Assembly (NCBI GenBank): GCA_024679065.1
Contig: JAGIQG010000010.1
Location: forward strand, 37,882,001 to 37,946,000
Length of the DNA stretch: 64,000 nt
Source: Sphyrna mokarran
Lineage: Eukaryota
Direction: 5' to 3'
The notes under the pieces were generated by a model. The model was given only the letters and a program-made list of their open reading frames with translations. It was not told where the DNA came from and ran no database searches. Each line of letters opens with the position of its first letter. The stretch's first letter is position 1. The position numbers and the translations under genes were made by a program. Positions 1 through 12,709 of this stretch are shown here, piece after piece.

Positions 1-420
1 AGTCCAATAAAGGTAACAGAACAGATAAAGTGGTCAAGAAGGCAAAATGGACATTTACCTTTATTTCCTGAAGCATAGTAGTGAGTTGATGAAGGAACTA
101 TGTTAAACAGCTAATGTACATGCTACAGTTCTGGTCTTTGCATTACAGAAAGGATACATTCATACCAGAAGACATTTACAATCATGTTGCTTCCAGGAAT
201 TAAGAATTTCAGTTACACAGAAAGATTCAATAGGCTAATATTGTTTTCTTTGGAACAACATAGGCTATGAATTCAATTGAATTATTTCATCTATGAAGGG
301 CCTAGATAGGAAGGACCCATTTCCATTAACAGAAAGTTCAGTTGCTAGTGGGCATAGATTTAAAGTAATTGGCAGAAGGAATAAAGGGAATTTGGGGAAA
401 TGTATTTTTACCCAGGCATT
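1..420 (+). mobile_element. Degenerate CR1 LINE ORF2 3' fragment
   Basis: Decayed CR1 C-terminal motifs (DKVVKKA, QFWS-HYRKD, GHRFKVIG-like) with stops and frameshifts. Confidence 0.75.
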
Positions 421-2000
421 GGGTAAAATTCCCCCTGATCATGAATGAAATCTATCTGCTTTCTCTTACAGACACCAGCAAGTCCAGGCACACCTATAAA
501 TCCAACATGAGCCCAAGAAAGATAACAAAGCTCTGGACCAATTTGCAGAAAACCCATCACTATGTTTACCTGCCCCCTCCATCAGCGCAGAGAAACACAG
601 CCCAGTGAGTCACATTTACAGAGTAGGCTCAGGGTCACATATGGAAACACCTCACTGACAGGTCCTCATAACAAGAGGCAATGACAGCCCAGGTCTCTAG
701 CATTCAGGGAACCTCTGGGGATCAGAAGCTAATCCTGAGTCTGATGAGCCTCCAAGAAAGGCCAAATTTTATATGCTGGAGTTGCAACGACAGATGATAA
801 AATATTAGTGTGTTGCGAAAGGCAGCCAACAGATTACAGTCAAGGATGGAGGAGTCTGTCTGTGTTTTGTCTGAGATTGTAACTTCAATATGAGAACACT
901 TCAAAGTCTTCATGAAAAGCGTGGTGACAACCTTATGGATCTTGGTCCAGCAGATCATGCTGGATTTGCACTTGGATATGCAGTCCATTGCCATCATTGG
1001 TCCATCTGTGGCTAGGCAAGGGTGTGAGGTGAGAAGCTAGATCTCTCTCCAGGTGCCGCTTCTCTTCAGGGCATCAGGCACGGTTGCTGGGATAGCCAGA
1101 GGGAACAGGACGCACAGCTGGAGACCAGGAACCATCTGTTTAGGTGAGTGAGAGCCTGTCCAACTGATCCCAATCCCCTGTGCCAGTCATCCCCAACACC
1201 ACCTCTGGCTGTACAGGCCATGGAGGGTGCAGCTGAACCACAACAAAACACACAAAGCATGACAGGGCTCGATTCTCTACAGGATGCCCAGCAAAACCAT
1301 CAAAAACAACAGGGCATTGCAGTCAGAAGGCCAACTCCACCTTTTCTGCCGATGTCGGGCTACACCTAGACATAGTGGTAGAGTTGGAATAATTAAGCTT
1401 TGAGTTCTGTGTCACAGATGTTCAATTACTATTAATATAAAGCACTTTTGAAAATACATTCCTGTTCATGAGCATGGTCTCATCATTTGAAAATGTTGTG
1501 CACATGCATCTATGTGCCCTTGTATGAGTAAGAGTGAGCCATGCTCCCAATCAATGTTCACCTCATTTTGTGAACCTCATAGGTCATATGCAGCTGATGC
1601 ATGATTATTATAATAACCTTGTGTTATAACAGGGAGGTGTGTTAAATTCTTCATTGAAATATCTGAAAAAAACTATTATCATAAATTTGGCCACCACTGC
1701 ATCAAGTCTTTTGATGCAACTTTGCACTGTGATGGCGACTATCATTTCCTAAAGTGCAGTGATGGAGGTTTTGCTGCTGACCTTTGCGATGAATAGGGCC
1801 TGGTGAATCATGAGGCTTGAAGGTATGAGCTAAATTCTGCAATTGTTCTTAATGTCACTGATGTAAAGGCCTTTCATTCCATTGGCATAGTGCAAAGGGA
1901 TGAAGGAATATGGCTATGTTCTATTACATATACCTTGATCATCCAGAATCCTCATATGTTTTGAGTATAAGCACTTTGAGGGATTCCAAGAAACAGGTCC
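420..2000. mobile_element. Probable decayed PIF/Harbinger transposon remnant
   Basis: Segment cctccatcagcgcagagaaacaca resembles recalled shark Harbinger accessory-ORF repeats; weak minus-strand KPHDSPGPIHRKG similarity to the Harbinger transposase near 1780-1825. Confidence 0.35.
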
Positions 2001-2909
2001 CAAAGTGCAGCCCTGGGATCCTCCCATACTGAATATTGCCCCACCTCCTTTCTCATTTTTGATTCGACACTGCGCCACTTTTTTGTGGAGAAGTGATTTT
2101 TTTTAATTTTGAGACCAGTTCCCATCCTCCCAATCTGAGTGTTTATGTCCCTCCAATCTTCCTAGACCCATACATATAGAGATCCATTCTGTTCAACAGC
2201 ACCCCACCACTATTCCCACCTCCACTCCCCACCATCTTTACTAATCCTGAATCCACTATAATTGTATTAACATTCTATCTCTTCTACTTGAACCCATCAC
2301 TATTAATGTTCACATGCCCCATGAGAACGTCACTACTACTCATCTGAAAGCTGTGTGCACAGTTACATAGAGAGCAGGCCATCCCCCGACACCCCAGTGA
2401 GACAAGTTTTCAGTACCTCCTCCTCATTTCCACTATACAGGCTGCCTCTCTTAACCCTCACCGTCCCATTTGCAGCCCAGTATAAGCAGGACAAAACAGT
2501 AAGATCATAATATATTCTGGAAATGCTATGCGTTCCTTCCAATGCATCTAGTTTTGTTGGCAACAAAATGTATGCATTCTTGTTTTTCATGTTGGGCTCC
2601 ATCCTCCACAGCCGCAGTCTCCCCTCTGCCTACCATCATCCCTCACCACTTCCAACTGTACCCTTACCTGTTGTCTCCCATGTGTCCTTTCTTTCCACCC
2701 TCCCACCAACCCTACATTTGTCCGTTGTCTCCCATGTCTTCTTCCTTACTCTCCACTTCCAAGCTCACCATAGCACATTGTCCCCATGTCTCCTCTCCTT
2801 TTGCCCATCGCCACTCCCCACTCTGGCCTCAATGTTGAACTCTGTCACATTTGCAGACCTGCCTGAGCCCTTAGGAAGGCATCCTCCTGAAGATCAGAGT
2901 CAGCCAAAG

Positions 2910-2953
2910 AGCAGACCAACTCTACACTTCTACCAGTGTAGAGTTGGTCTGCT
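2910..2953. repeat. Perfect 19-bp inverted repeat with 6-nt loop
   Basis: agcagaccaactctacact-tctacc-agtgtagagttggtctgct. Confidence 0.95.
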
Positions 2954-3539
2954 GTTGATGAGGACCCTGAGCAGCAATGTTTCAAGCAACTTTGAGTGTT
3001 ACATGCATCATAAAGTCAGGAGTGAAGTGAGGGCTGGCTGCAGTATGTCACTAATTGCATACATATTTCAGAGTAATGTAACTTCCCATTACCCTGGCAC
3101 TAGTTTGTTATTCTGGCTAATAGTATTCCTAATGAGCACATTAATAAATTGCATCCCTACCATGGATCAGCAGGAAACCTGATCTGCCATCAGCCATCAT
3201 GAGAATGCTAAGGAAAAAATTTCAAATTGTTTTCCCACTGATTTTGGACTCTTTCCAAATTATCCAGTCCCTCTCATCACAGAATCCATTATGGATAGGA
3301 AGGGAATATTCTGTCCCACAATTCACATGTTCTACTCGCAGCATGTTTGCTGAAGGTAGCAACCACTGATCTATATAACAAAGAAATCTTAAGGAATCAA
3401 AGTTTAGTCTGTGTGTTATAAATACAACATGCTATATATACCTTGTGTGAGTGATAAATAGCTATCTCACTTTTATTTCATTTCAATAAACATCTGTCTT
3501 ATTCATTAGAATCGTTTCATTCAATTATATATCATATTA

Positions 3540-3832
3540 TAGGATGGCACTGTGGTTAGCACTGCTGTCTCACAGCCCAAGGGACCTGGCTTGGATTTCC
3601 GGCTTGGGTCACTGTTTGTGCAGAGTCTGCACATTCTCCCCATGTCTGTGTGGGTTTCCTCCAAATTCTCTGATTTCCTTCCAGAATTTGAAAGATGTGC
3701 TGGTTAGGTGCATCGGCTATGCTATACTCTGTCTGTGTACAGGGACTGGAGTATATCAACTCTGAGATTTTCACAGTAACTTCATTGCAGTGTTAATGTA
3801 AGTGTACTTGTGGCTAATAAATAAACTTTATA
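3540..3832 (+). mobile_element. tRNA-derived V-SINE (HE1-like head, non-CR1 tail)
   Basis: A-box head ggcactgtggttagcactgctg, V-domain tctgcacattctccccatgtctgtgtgggtttcc, tail cagtaacttcattgcagtgttaatgtaag...aataaataaactt shared with copies at 17207 and 56165. Confidence 0.85.
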
Positions 3833-3929
3833 TTCCATTAAACATTGAATACCTCCTTTGTATTTTCTAGCCTTTCTAGTTTTGCTTCACTTCCTTCTGA
3901 ATCTACATTCAGGTTCCTACTTGGTGGAC

Positions 3930-4830
3930 AAGCTATTTAAATCCTCCCCACCAATCCTCATAAACCTTCACACCAAGGTATTGATCTCAGCACTGTTGAA
4001 GTAATTTGATCATCTTCTACAAGTCCCTATGTCCTCAGCACCACAAAGTCCAAAGCTTTTTTTGGACCATCTCTTCAACCACATATTTAACTGTACTGCC
4101 CTACTGTTTCTACGCTGACAAGCACACTGGAAATAGTCTGAGATTACTACTTTAGAGGTCTAACTTCTTGATTTCTTTGTGGCTCTGCAAAATTTGCCTG
4201 CAGGATCTGATCCCTCCTTCTTCCTATGTCTACTTACCAATATAAACCATGACCACTGGCTATTCAACCCCCCTTCCATCAGAATGTTCTGCAGCTGCTC
4301 AGTGATATTTCATTGACCCTGGCATCAGCTACGCAACCTAGCTTGGAGTCAAATCTGACCCTGAAAAATGCCTGTCTATGTGTACCCTGTCGTTATTGCT
4401 TTCAAACTTCCTTCCTTCATTCCTGTATAGCTGGGCCACCTATGATGTTATGGTCTCAGCACTAGCTGAATTCCTCAGAGAAAGCACCACCTAACAGAAT
4501 GCAAAACCAAATACTGGTTAGGGATGATGATCTACTCAGGTACTTATACTACCTGCCTGGTTTTCCTTGACTGTATGATAGCGGACTGTTCCCTTTCAGC
4601 CTGCACATTCCTAAGCTGTGGGTTGACCACCTCCTAGAATAAACGACCATGTAGTTCTCAGTTTCACCAATGCACTGCAGTGAAGACAACTGCTACTGAG
4701 GCTCTAACTTAAGCTCTGGAACTTAAGCTCCTCCAAATGACAGCACTTCCTCCACATGTAGTTGTTCAGGAAATGAGAAACATTTTGGTGTTCCCACATA
4801 ACACATGATGTGCATTCAGTAGGACTGATC
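3930..4830 (-). mobile_element. CR1 LINE ORF1 remnant (zinc finger plus esterase region)
   Basis: ORF 4704..4886 contains CTSCVMWE...YMWRKC, matching the CR1 ORF1 Cx2C zinc finger; downstream decayed esterase-like sequence. Confidence 0.7.
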
Positions 4831-5092
4831 TTTAATGCTTGATGGTGGCTAAGAGTTGCAGTTACTTTGTGAGAGACACATAGCATGTTTCAATGAGCCT
4901 AATGGCTCCTAATAATCCATTATATTAAAGATAAATTCTTGAAATATGCATTCTGTTTATTTCTGAACATGCCTCTAGAATTAGGTACCTGAAGTTGGGA
5001 GACAGATATATCTCTTTCTCGTAAGTTCATAGAAACAGAACAGCTCAATGCTTTGTTTAGAGAATCGAAAACCAAAAATCACAACCCAAATT

Positions 5093-5433
5093 TGTAGAAT
5101 TCCAACAGTGCAGAAGGTCATTCAGACTATTGAGTCAGCACTGACTCCCTGAAAGAGCATCTTACCACACCCACCCCTCCCCGCCCTATCCCCATAACCC
5201 CATATATATACCATTACTAATCACTGGACACTAAAGGATAATTTAGTATGGCCAATCCACCTCATCTGCCCATTTTTGGACTGTGACAGGAAACCTGAGC
5301 ACCCAGAAAAAACCCACAGAGACACATGGAAAGCATGCAAACTCCACACAAATAATCACCCAAGGCTGGAAGCAAATCCAAGTTTCTGGCACTGTAAAGC
5401 AACACTGCTAACCACTGTGCCACCATGCCATCC
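5093..5433 (-). mobile_element. HE1 SINE
   Basis: Reverse complement of tRNA head (gctaaccactgtgccaccatgcc), V-domain and CR1-derived tail. Confidence 0.9.
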
Positions 5434-6864
5434 TTGTTTTGTAATTAATTATGTGATTTTATTTCCTTTGAGGGACAATTAAAATACAATCTTGCAGGTG
5501 TATTTCAGAATCTTTCTTATTGTAATGTGAATGACTCTACATTTTTTTTCATAGAATGTCTTTGATGGGAAAACAAAAATTGTAGTGAAATGTTCAGATG
5601 GAAGTAAAGAAGAAAAGTAAAGTGGTAAATCCAAAAGTTGGAGATTTCCTATTCATATGGAAAGAAGAAAACAGGATTATTGTTAGGTTGTCATGATGCA
5701 TATGATAGAATCAGTGCACACAACTGACATCACAAATGTTTCAAAAATTACTGTCAGTCACCCCCAAAAGATCATCACCTGGAGCCAAGGATATTATTAA
5801 TATAAGTTATTTTCAAAAATGTGAGGATCTAGAATTGAAGGTAAACTTGTGAGTTGGCTATCAACTAGGAGATACAAGCTGGAGAGAAAGGGAATGTACT
5901 CTGATTAGTGATTATGAGGAGGAAGATTAATGACATAGATGAAGGAGCAGTGAGTTCTATGTCCAGGTTTACAGCTTATTTCAACGCAATTTTTCTTCTG
6001 TGGGGAATTGATTTAACTTTAATTTCACCAAACAAACTGTCCTTCAGGCTAAACAAAGATCATGAACATGCATATTGAAGAAAACAAAGAGATCTCTATA
6101 GGTCTGTTTGAAGTCTCACTGATCATTTTGTTAAAAGTTTTTCAAGTATTTACATATGCTTCAGCTCGTCTGATTGATTCATTGGACTCCTTGTGTGGTG
6201 TAAAATTACAGTGAAATATGTAACTTGGCTGCAGGAGTAGGGCTCCTAAGTTAAAGGGCTACCTTTTGTTTCACCCTTCCTAATGTTACTTATCTGTAAA
6301 AAAAAAATGTTTTCCAGCAGAATAGCAACAAATGCTCCCAAAATCATTGCTACGTTTTTGCAAATTTGGCAATACCAAGTGATGCAAACGTTTGATTCTT
6401 ACATTTGATGAAGTTGAGACTCACAAAACCTGGTCCTGATGTTACCTGATTCACTAAATGCAGACATGTGCAATGTGTTGAAAAACTGATAACAAGCTCT
6501 CTGACAGAAATGTCAATTTACGGATTAGACACATATGCAATTCATTAAATGTTACTGAGCTGAAAATTAGCACTTGAGGGACTAATTAGTTAAAGGAGAT
6601 TTCAGGTTCTAACATTTCCTTATGCGCTGTTGGCCTGTGCCTTGTGGAAGCTGTTTTACAAAGGTAATTTTAATGTCGCTATCCTGAATGGATTTGCACT
6701 AATATTCCAAGGAGAGATGTGTGTTAAATTACAAGCTACCTTGCTGAATCAGATAGGCATTCAGTTGGTGCATGACAGTAATTAAATTTCAGGTTGCCTC
6801 CTATGGCTTAGAGGTATAGGTTATTGAACTGGTAAACCACAAACCTAAGTCGATGCACTCAAGC

Positions 6865-7075
6865 TCCTTACCTCAGAGAGTTGTAGGGGCAGAGTCACTG
6901 TGTATACTTAAAGCTGAGATGGGTAGATTTTGATCAGTAAGGGAATCAAGAGTTATGGGGAAAGACAGGAAATTGGACATGATGGAAATTGGATCAACCA
7001 TAATCCTATTGAAGGGAGGAGCAGACTTGAAGAATAGAATTGTCTACTCCTGTTCCTATCTCTTACGGTCTTACC
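6865..7075 (+). mobile_element. CR1 3' end
   Basis: LPQRVV/LKAEMGRF-like C-terminus followed by 3' UTR ctactcctgttcctat. Confidence 0.75.
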
Positions 7076-7529
7076 ATTCCCACACCGACCAAGATGTAAT
7101 GTGACACATGAGTTGCACTGCCATTTCTCTATTTATGAGAATATATACTGCATTTCAAATAAATATACGCATAAAAGCACAAAGAAGAGGAGCAGGACAA
7201 TGCCCATGCTAAACAGGAAAATGAACAGGGCTGGTTTAAGAGTCTGAACTGAGGATTGTGTTACTACTAGGAAACATTTGATCCAGGCATATTTCATCTG
7301 AGAACATCTCAACTCAGATGCTCTGAAACTCACTTGTGCTGCATGTGTGAATGCATTTATTGAGGAAACAGTTTTAAATAAGTCCAATCTTACTGGCAAT
7401 GCATGATTCTCATCCGCTCAGCTATTTCAATATCCTCAATCAAAGACCATTGCTTTCCTTCACCAATTCATCCCTCTTTTTCAATCTTAACATTAGAGAA
7501 TGGAAATCCATGTCTGAGGTCTTGTTTCA

Positions 7530-8545
7530 ATGTTTACTGTGTTAGTAAAAATCACAAAGTTGCTGATTCAAATGATAGACAGTAAGATAAAGTAAAATAA
7601 ATACTGGCTATATAATGGGACTGAAGCTGACAAATCCACAAGACTTGATGACCTAAATCTAAATGTTTTAAAATAATAGCTGCAAAGATAATGGATCATT
7701 GGCTATGATCTTCTAGAATTCCTTAGATTCTATCATGGTCAGTGATTGGAAGATAGAAATAATTGCCCTGTTCAAAAAATGAGGGAGAGAAAAACGGGAA
7801 ACTTGGGCAGTAATAATGAAGGAATTGCTAGAATCTATTACTAAGTATGTGATAACAGGTCAATGGAAAATCATTTGACTAAGCAGAGTTTACATAGTTC
7901 AATATCAACTAAATGATGTTTGACTAATTTAAAATTTTGCAATGTAAATAGAAAAGGGAAAACCAATGCATGTAATATGTTTGAATTTTCAGAAGGCATT
8001 CAATAAGATGCCATTCAAAAATGTTGTTACACAAGATCAGGACTCTTGGGATCAAGGGGAATACATTTGCACGGATGAAGGATATTCTAACAAAGAATAT
8101 GGAGAGTAGAAATAAAGAGACAATTTTCAAGCTACTATTTGTAACTGATGGAGTGCCACATGGAAAAATGTTTGCACCTCAACTATCTACAATCTATGTC
8201 AATGACTTGAATGAGGTAACAGAATTAAATATATCCAACTTTGCTGACAATATAAATATAGTAGGAAAGTAAATGATGACAAGATCAGAAAAATATGTAG
8301 TGCATGTAGACAAGAAATGTGAATTGGCAAAAAGGTGGTAGTAAGAGCATAATATGGGAAGCATGAAATTTTACTTTGGTAGAAAATGGAAAAGCAGGAT
8401 ATTTGTTTAAGTAGTGAGAGACCAATTAATGTCAGTTTTTGGAGGGATTTGGTATCTCTTGTATGTGAATTGGAAAAAGTTAAAATGTAGGCACAGCCAA
8501 AGGAAGACTAATAGTACAGAAACAAATACCATTTAAGTGTTTTAA
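7530..8545 (+). mobile_element. Old CR1 ORF2 reverse transcriptase pseudogene
   Basis: ORF 8021..8272 contains GVPHG...IYVNDL...ISNFADN; upstream KLKADKS.DD-like motif. Confidence 0.85.
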
Positions 8546-8559
8546 TAAGTCCACACTAA

Positions 8560-9480
8560 AGAGAGAGGAGGTGGTGTGATGATATTTTCACTGAATTAGT
8601 AATCCAGAGACCCAGGATGATATTCTGGGGACCAGTGTTTGAATCTCATCATGGCAAATGGTGAAGTTTGAACTCAGTAAAAGCTTAGAAGAAAAAGTCT
8701 AATGATAAACATGACCATTATCAATTGTTGTAAAAACCCATGTCGTTCACCAATGTCCCTTGGGGAATGAAATGCCTTCTTAACTTGGTCTGGGCTATGT
8801 GTGACTCCAGACCCATAGCAATGCTGTTGCCTCTGAAATGGCCAAACAATTCGTAATAGGACCTTGGTGTGACCACATTTGGAATATTGTGCAGTTCTTG
8901 TGACCTCATTATAAGAGGATGTGGAAGCATTGGAGAGAGTGCAGAGGAGATTTACCAGGATGCTACCTGGTTTGGAGGATAAACCTTATGGGAAAAAGTT
9001 GAGGGAGCTAAGGCTTTTCTCTTTAGAGCAGGGGAGGATGAGAGGTGACTTAATAAAGGCTTATAAGATGATGAGGGGAATAGATAGAGTGACGTTCAGA
9101 GACTATTTCCTCGGGTGGATATAGCTGTTACTAGGGGGCATAACTATAAGGATTATGGTGAGACATATATGAGTGATGTCCAAGGCAGGTTCTTTACTCA
9201 GAGAGTGGTTGGGGTGTGGAGTGAACGACCTGCTGTGATAATGGAGTCAGACACTTTGACCACTTTCAAGCGGTTATTGGATAGGCACATTGAACACTCC
9301 AGAATAATAAGGAGTGGGATAGCTTGATCTTGGTTTCGGACAAATATCGGCACAACATTGAGGGCTGGAGGGTCTGTACTGTGCTATAATGTTCTATGAT
9401 CTATGTTCTAATCCACTCAAGGATAATTAGTGACAGGCCCAGCCAGCAATGCCCAGAGTCCATGAATGAACAAAAAGAAT
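8560..9480 (+). mobile_element. Second tRNA-derived SINE family, split by a CR1 insertion
   Basis: Head/body 8560-8846 (tagtaatccagagacccagg...ctctgaaatggcc) resumes at 9411-9480 (ccactcaaggataattag...atgaatgaac). Confidence 0.7.
8847..9410 (+). mobile_element. 5'-truncated CR1 inserted in SINE
   Basis: ALERVQRRFTRMLPG, FFTQRVV motifs and (tgttcta)n tail. Confidence 0.92.
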
Positions 9481-9562
9481 ACTATGAGTACTGCATGCAG
9501 TTTTAATCTCCTTTTCTAAGCAAATGATATGTTTGCCTTAGAGAAAATGCAATGATAAAGGA

Positions 9563-10620
9563 CAAAAACAAAGAAAATTACAGCACAGGAACAGGCCCTT
9601 CAGCCCTCCAAGTCTGCACCAACCATACTGCTGGGCTGTACTAAAACTCCCTACCCTTCTGGGGATCATATCCCTCTATTCTCATCCTATTCGTGTATTT
9701 ATCGAAAGCCCCTTAAAAGTCATTACCATATCTGCTTCCACTACCTCCCCTGGCAATGAGTTTCAGACACCCACTACTCTGTGTAAAAAAATCTGCCTCG
9801 TACAACTTTGCTCCTCATACCTTAATCCTGTGTCCCCTCGTAATTGATTCTTCCACCCTGGGAAACGCTTCTGACTATTCACTCTGTCCATGCCTCTCAT
9901 AATCTTGAACATTTCTGTCAGGTCACCCCTCAACCTCTGTTGTTCCAGTGAGAATAAACCAAGTTTCTCTAACCTTTCTTTATAGCTAATGCCTCCATAG
10001 CAGGCAACATCTTGGTAAATCTTTTCTGTACACACTCCAAAGCCTCCGCATCCTTCTAGTAGTGTGGCAACCAGAATTGAAAACCATATTCCAAGTACGG
10101 CTAACTAAGGTTCTATAAAGCTGCAACGTGACTTGCCAATTTTTAAACTCAATGCCCCAGCCAGTGAAGACAAGCATGCTGTATGCCTCCTTGACTACCT
10201 TCTCCACTCACATTGCCATTTTCACTGACCTGTGTACCTATACACCCAGATCCCTTTGTCTATCAATACTCTTAAGGGTTCTGCCGTCTACTGTATATTT
10301 TCTATGTATATATTTAGGCCTTCCAAAATGCATTATCTTATATTTGTCCAGATTCAGCTCCAACTGGCATCTCCCTGCCCAAATCTTCAACAGATCTATA
10401 TCCTGCTATGTCCTCTGATGGTCCTCATTGCTATCCGCAAATTCACCAACCTTTGTGTCATCCACAAACTTATTAATCAAACCAGTTATAATTTCCTCCA
10501 AATCATTTATATATATTACAAACAACAAAAGTCCCAGCACTGATCCCTGAGGAACACCACTTGTCACAGCTCTCCATTCAGAAATGCACCCTTCCACTGC
10601 TACCCTCTGTCTTCTTTGAC
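9563..10620 (-). mobile_element. 5'-truncated CR1 (RT C-terminal half)
   Basis: ORFs with [31 protein letters not shown]. Confidence 0.93.
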
Positions 10621-10639
10621 AATTTATAATGGAAACCAA

Positions 10640-11375
10640 CTGGTAGTACCTTACAAAGTAAATGCAATTTAGAAGCTTCTTGTCTTCAATGCAGCTTAAT
10701 CCCAGGTAACTGAAATACAAAAAGGAGAAAGTTATGCTTCAGTAGTATAAAGTTTTGATCAGATTCAATTTGGAGTTCTACCTTCAGTTTTGAGCATGGT
10801 ACCAGAAGAATGATTTATTGATCTTGAACCAGATGCAGTAGGCATTCATCTAAATGATCCTGGGGCTTAAGTTATGAGAATTACCTGTATAAACTTGCTT
10901 AATATTCCTTTATGTATTGAAGATTAAAGGATAATCAAATGAAGATATCTAAAATGATAGTGATTCATTGGATAGGTAAAGGGAATATATTTCCTCTGAT
11001 GAGAGAACTCAGAACAAGAAATCATTATAAAATTAGAACCAATCAATGCAGAGTGAATCAGAAAGGACTTATTCATGCAAACAGGGGTAGAAATTTAAAA
11101 TGCTTCACTCGAGAAGGCGGGGGATAACAGGGCCAACTGACAACTTGGGATTGATACATTTTGGCTGGAATTCATACTGACAGGATTTTCCCATCCTGCT
11201 ACATTGAATGGCGATTTGGCTGTCTGACAAATTCTCTGACTTTGCTCTAGTGGGTTAAGATTGCTCCCTTTGTTTTAGATGAAGATGTATCAACAATGGG
11301 AAAATTAGGTTGTGGTACAGTTCAGCCATAGTCTAACTGAATGGTATGAATTTGTTCAAGGGGCTGAATGGGGAA
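10640..11375 (+). mobile_element. Highly decayed CR1 3' region containing a small insertion (about 11160-11270)
   Basis: IFPLMRELRTRNH motif and 3' UTR caaggggctgaatgg. Confidence 0.65.
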
Positions 11376-12219
11376 ACATATTTCCCGAAGATCCAATGTC
11401 TTCAACAGGAAAAAAAAGTAGGCAGATATTCCACTTGAAGTACTCTTGGCCCTACAAATAATATTTTAAGAGTTTTCTGAACTGCTTTGTGACACTTAAT
11501 TGCATTATTGATTTTGCATCACATGGGAGTATGGTGTCTGCCACTGATGCTGAAGTGACAGGGCCTAAGTGCAAACAACATGATGTTTATGTACCTTCTG
11601 TCCTCCAGAACTGTCAGGATTGTCTGTGGTTGGCTCTAATTATTCATGGTGAGTTCTTGGCCCATGGCTGCAAGACAGCATAAATATGTTGCACAAACTC
11701 ACAAAGATGCCATTCAAGTCAATTTTTAAAATTATCTAACTTGATTCACACATTATCACTATTGACAGCTATTTCCTCCTGAATTTCATTAAGTTCCAAC
11801 TCTACTTCTTGGGCTGCAAAACTGTGAAAAGATGTGAATTTATTCTTTAGAATATGAATGGAAATGGCATAGGGAAAAGAACAGATGAACTTGTTGCCAC
11901 ATCATCCAAATAAACACTTCCTTGTTATTCAAAATACTGTTCAGATACCCAGCGTGGCAATATCTGAACTTCATGTGCTGTAATTGTCCAGGAAGTTTAA
12001 ATTTCAGTGGGTTGATTTGCTCTACCTAAAACATTACGTGAAAGTCTCTTACACTGATCTTAGTGTTGGAGACTTGGGCTAGATGCACAAGTTAAACTGA
12101 GTACTTTCCCCAGATATATTACACAGTTTAATCTCTGATGTAACTCAGTGATGAAGCAAAGTAGCTCAGCAAGGCACCCAAAACTGAAACTTCCCTTATC
12201 ACCTCCCCAAACTGACTCT

Positions 12220-12445
12220 CTCCTACAAAATCCCTCAATCTGACTACATCACAAACCGGTGAGACCGTCTCCCTGATCTAGCCAGACTATCCACTGACTT
12301 GACCCAACTATCTCCCCAACTCAAGCCGACTACCCTCATGACTTGACTAACTCCCATTCCAATTGTCCTTCCTTCAACCTGACCCTATACAATTACCCCC
12401 CTGACTTGACTCAACTACTGCACCAGCTCCCATCCCCCTCAAAGT
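12220..12445 (+). repeat. Degenerate C-rich tandem-like repeat (ctgact/ccaact units)
   Basis: Recurrent cctgact/gactac/ccaact units; compositional mirror of 51235-51590. Confidence 0.5.
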
Positions 12446-12459
12446 AGCCCATATGTCTG

Positions 12460-12700
12460 CCCTTCGCCTGTTGCAATATTCCAATGAAACTCAACACAAA
12501 CTGGAAGAACAGCATCTCATCTTCTAGACTTAATATTGAGTTCAACAAATTCTGCCTGTGAACTTTCTCCTCAATCTTGACACTTTTTTAATCCCAATTC
12601 TTCTCCCAACATCGCCTTACAGGGCCATTAGCCAGTTGTCCTTGTGTTTTGTTTTTACAGAGTGCTGATCTTTGTTCTGTTATCTTACCTTTATGTCAGT
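12460..12700 (+). mobile_element. Penelope-like element remnant (GIY-YIG C-terminus)
   Basis: Encodes SNETQHKLEEQHLIF...LNIEFN, typical of the vertebrate PLE ORF end. Confidence 0.75.
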
Positions 12701-12709
12701 ATCAGCACC

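Noticed and set aside
2523-3182. 219-aa ORF
   Set aside because: Runs through a pyrimidine-rich low-complexity tract; no recognisable domain
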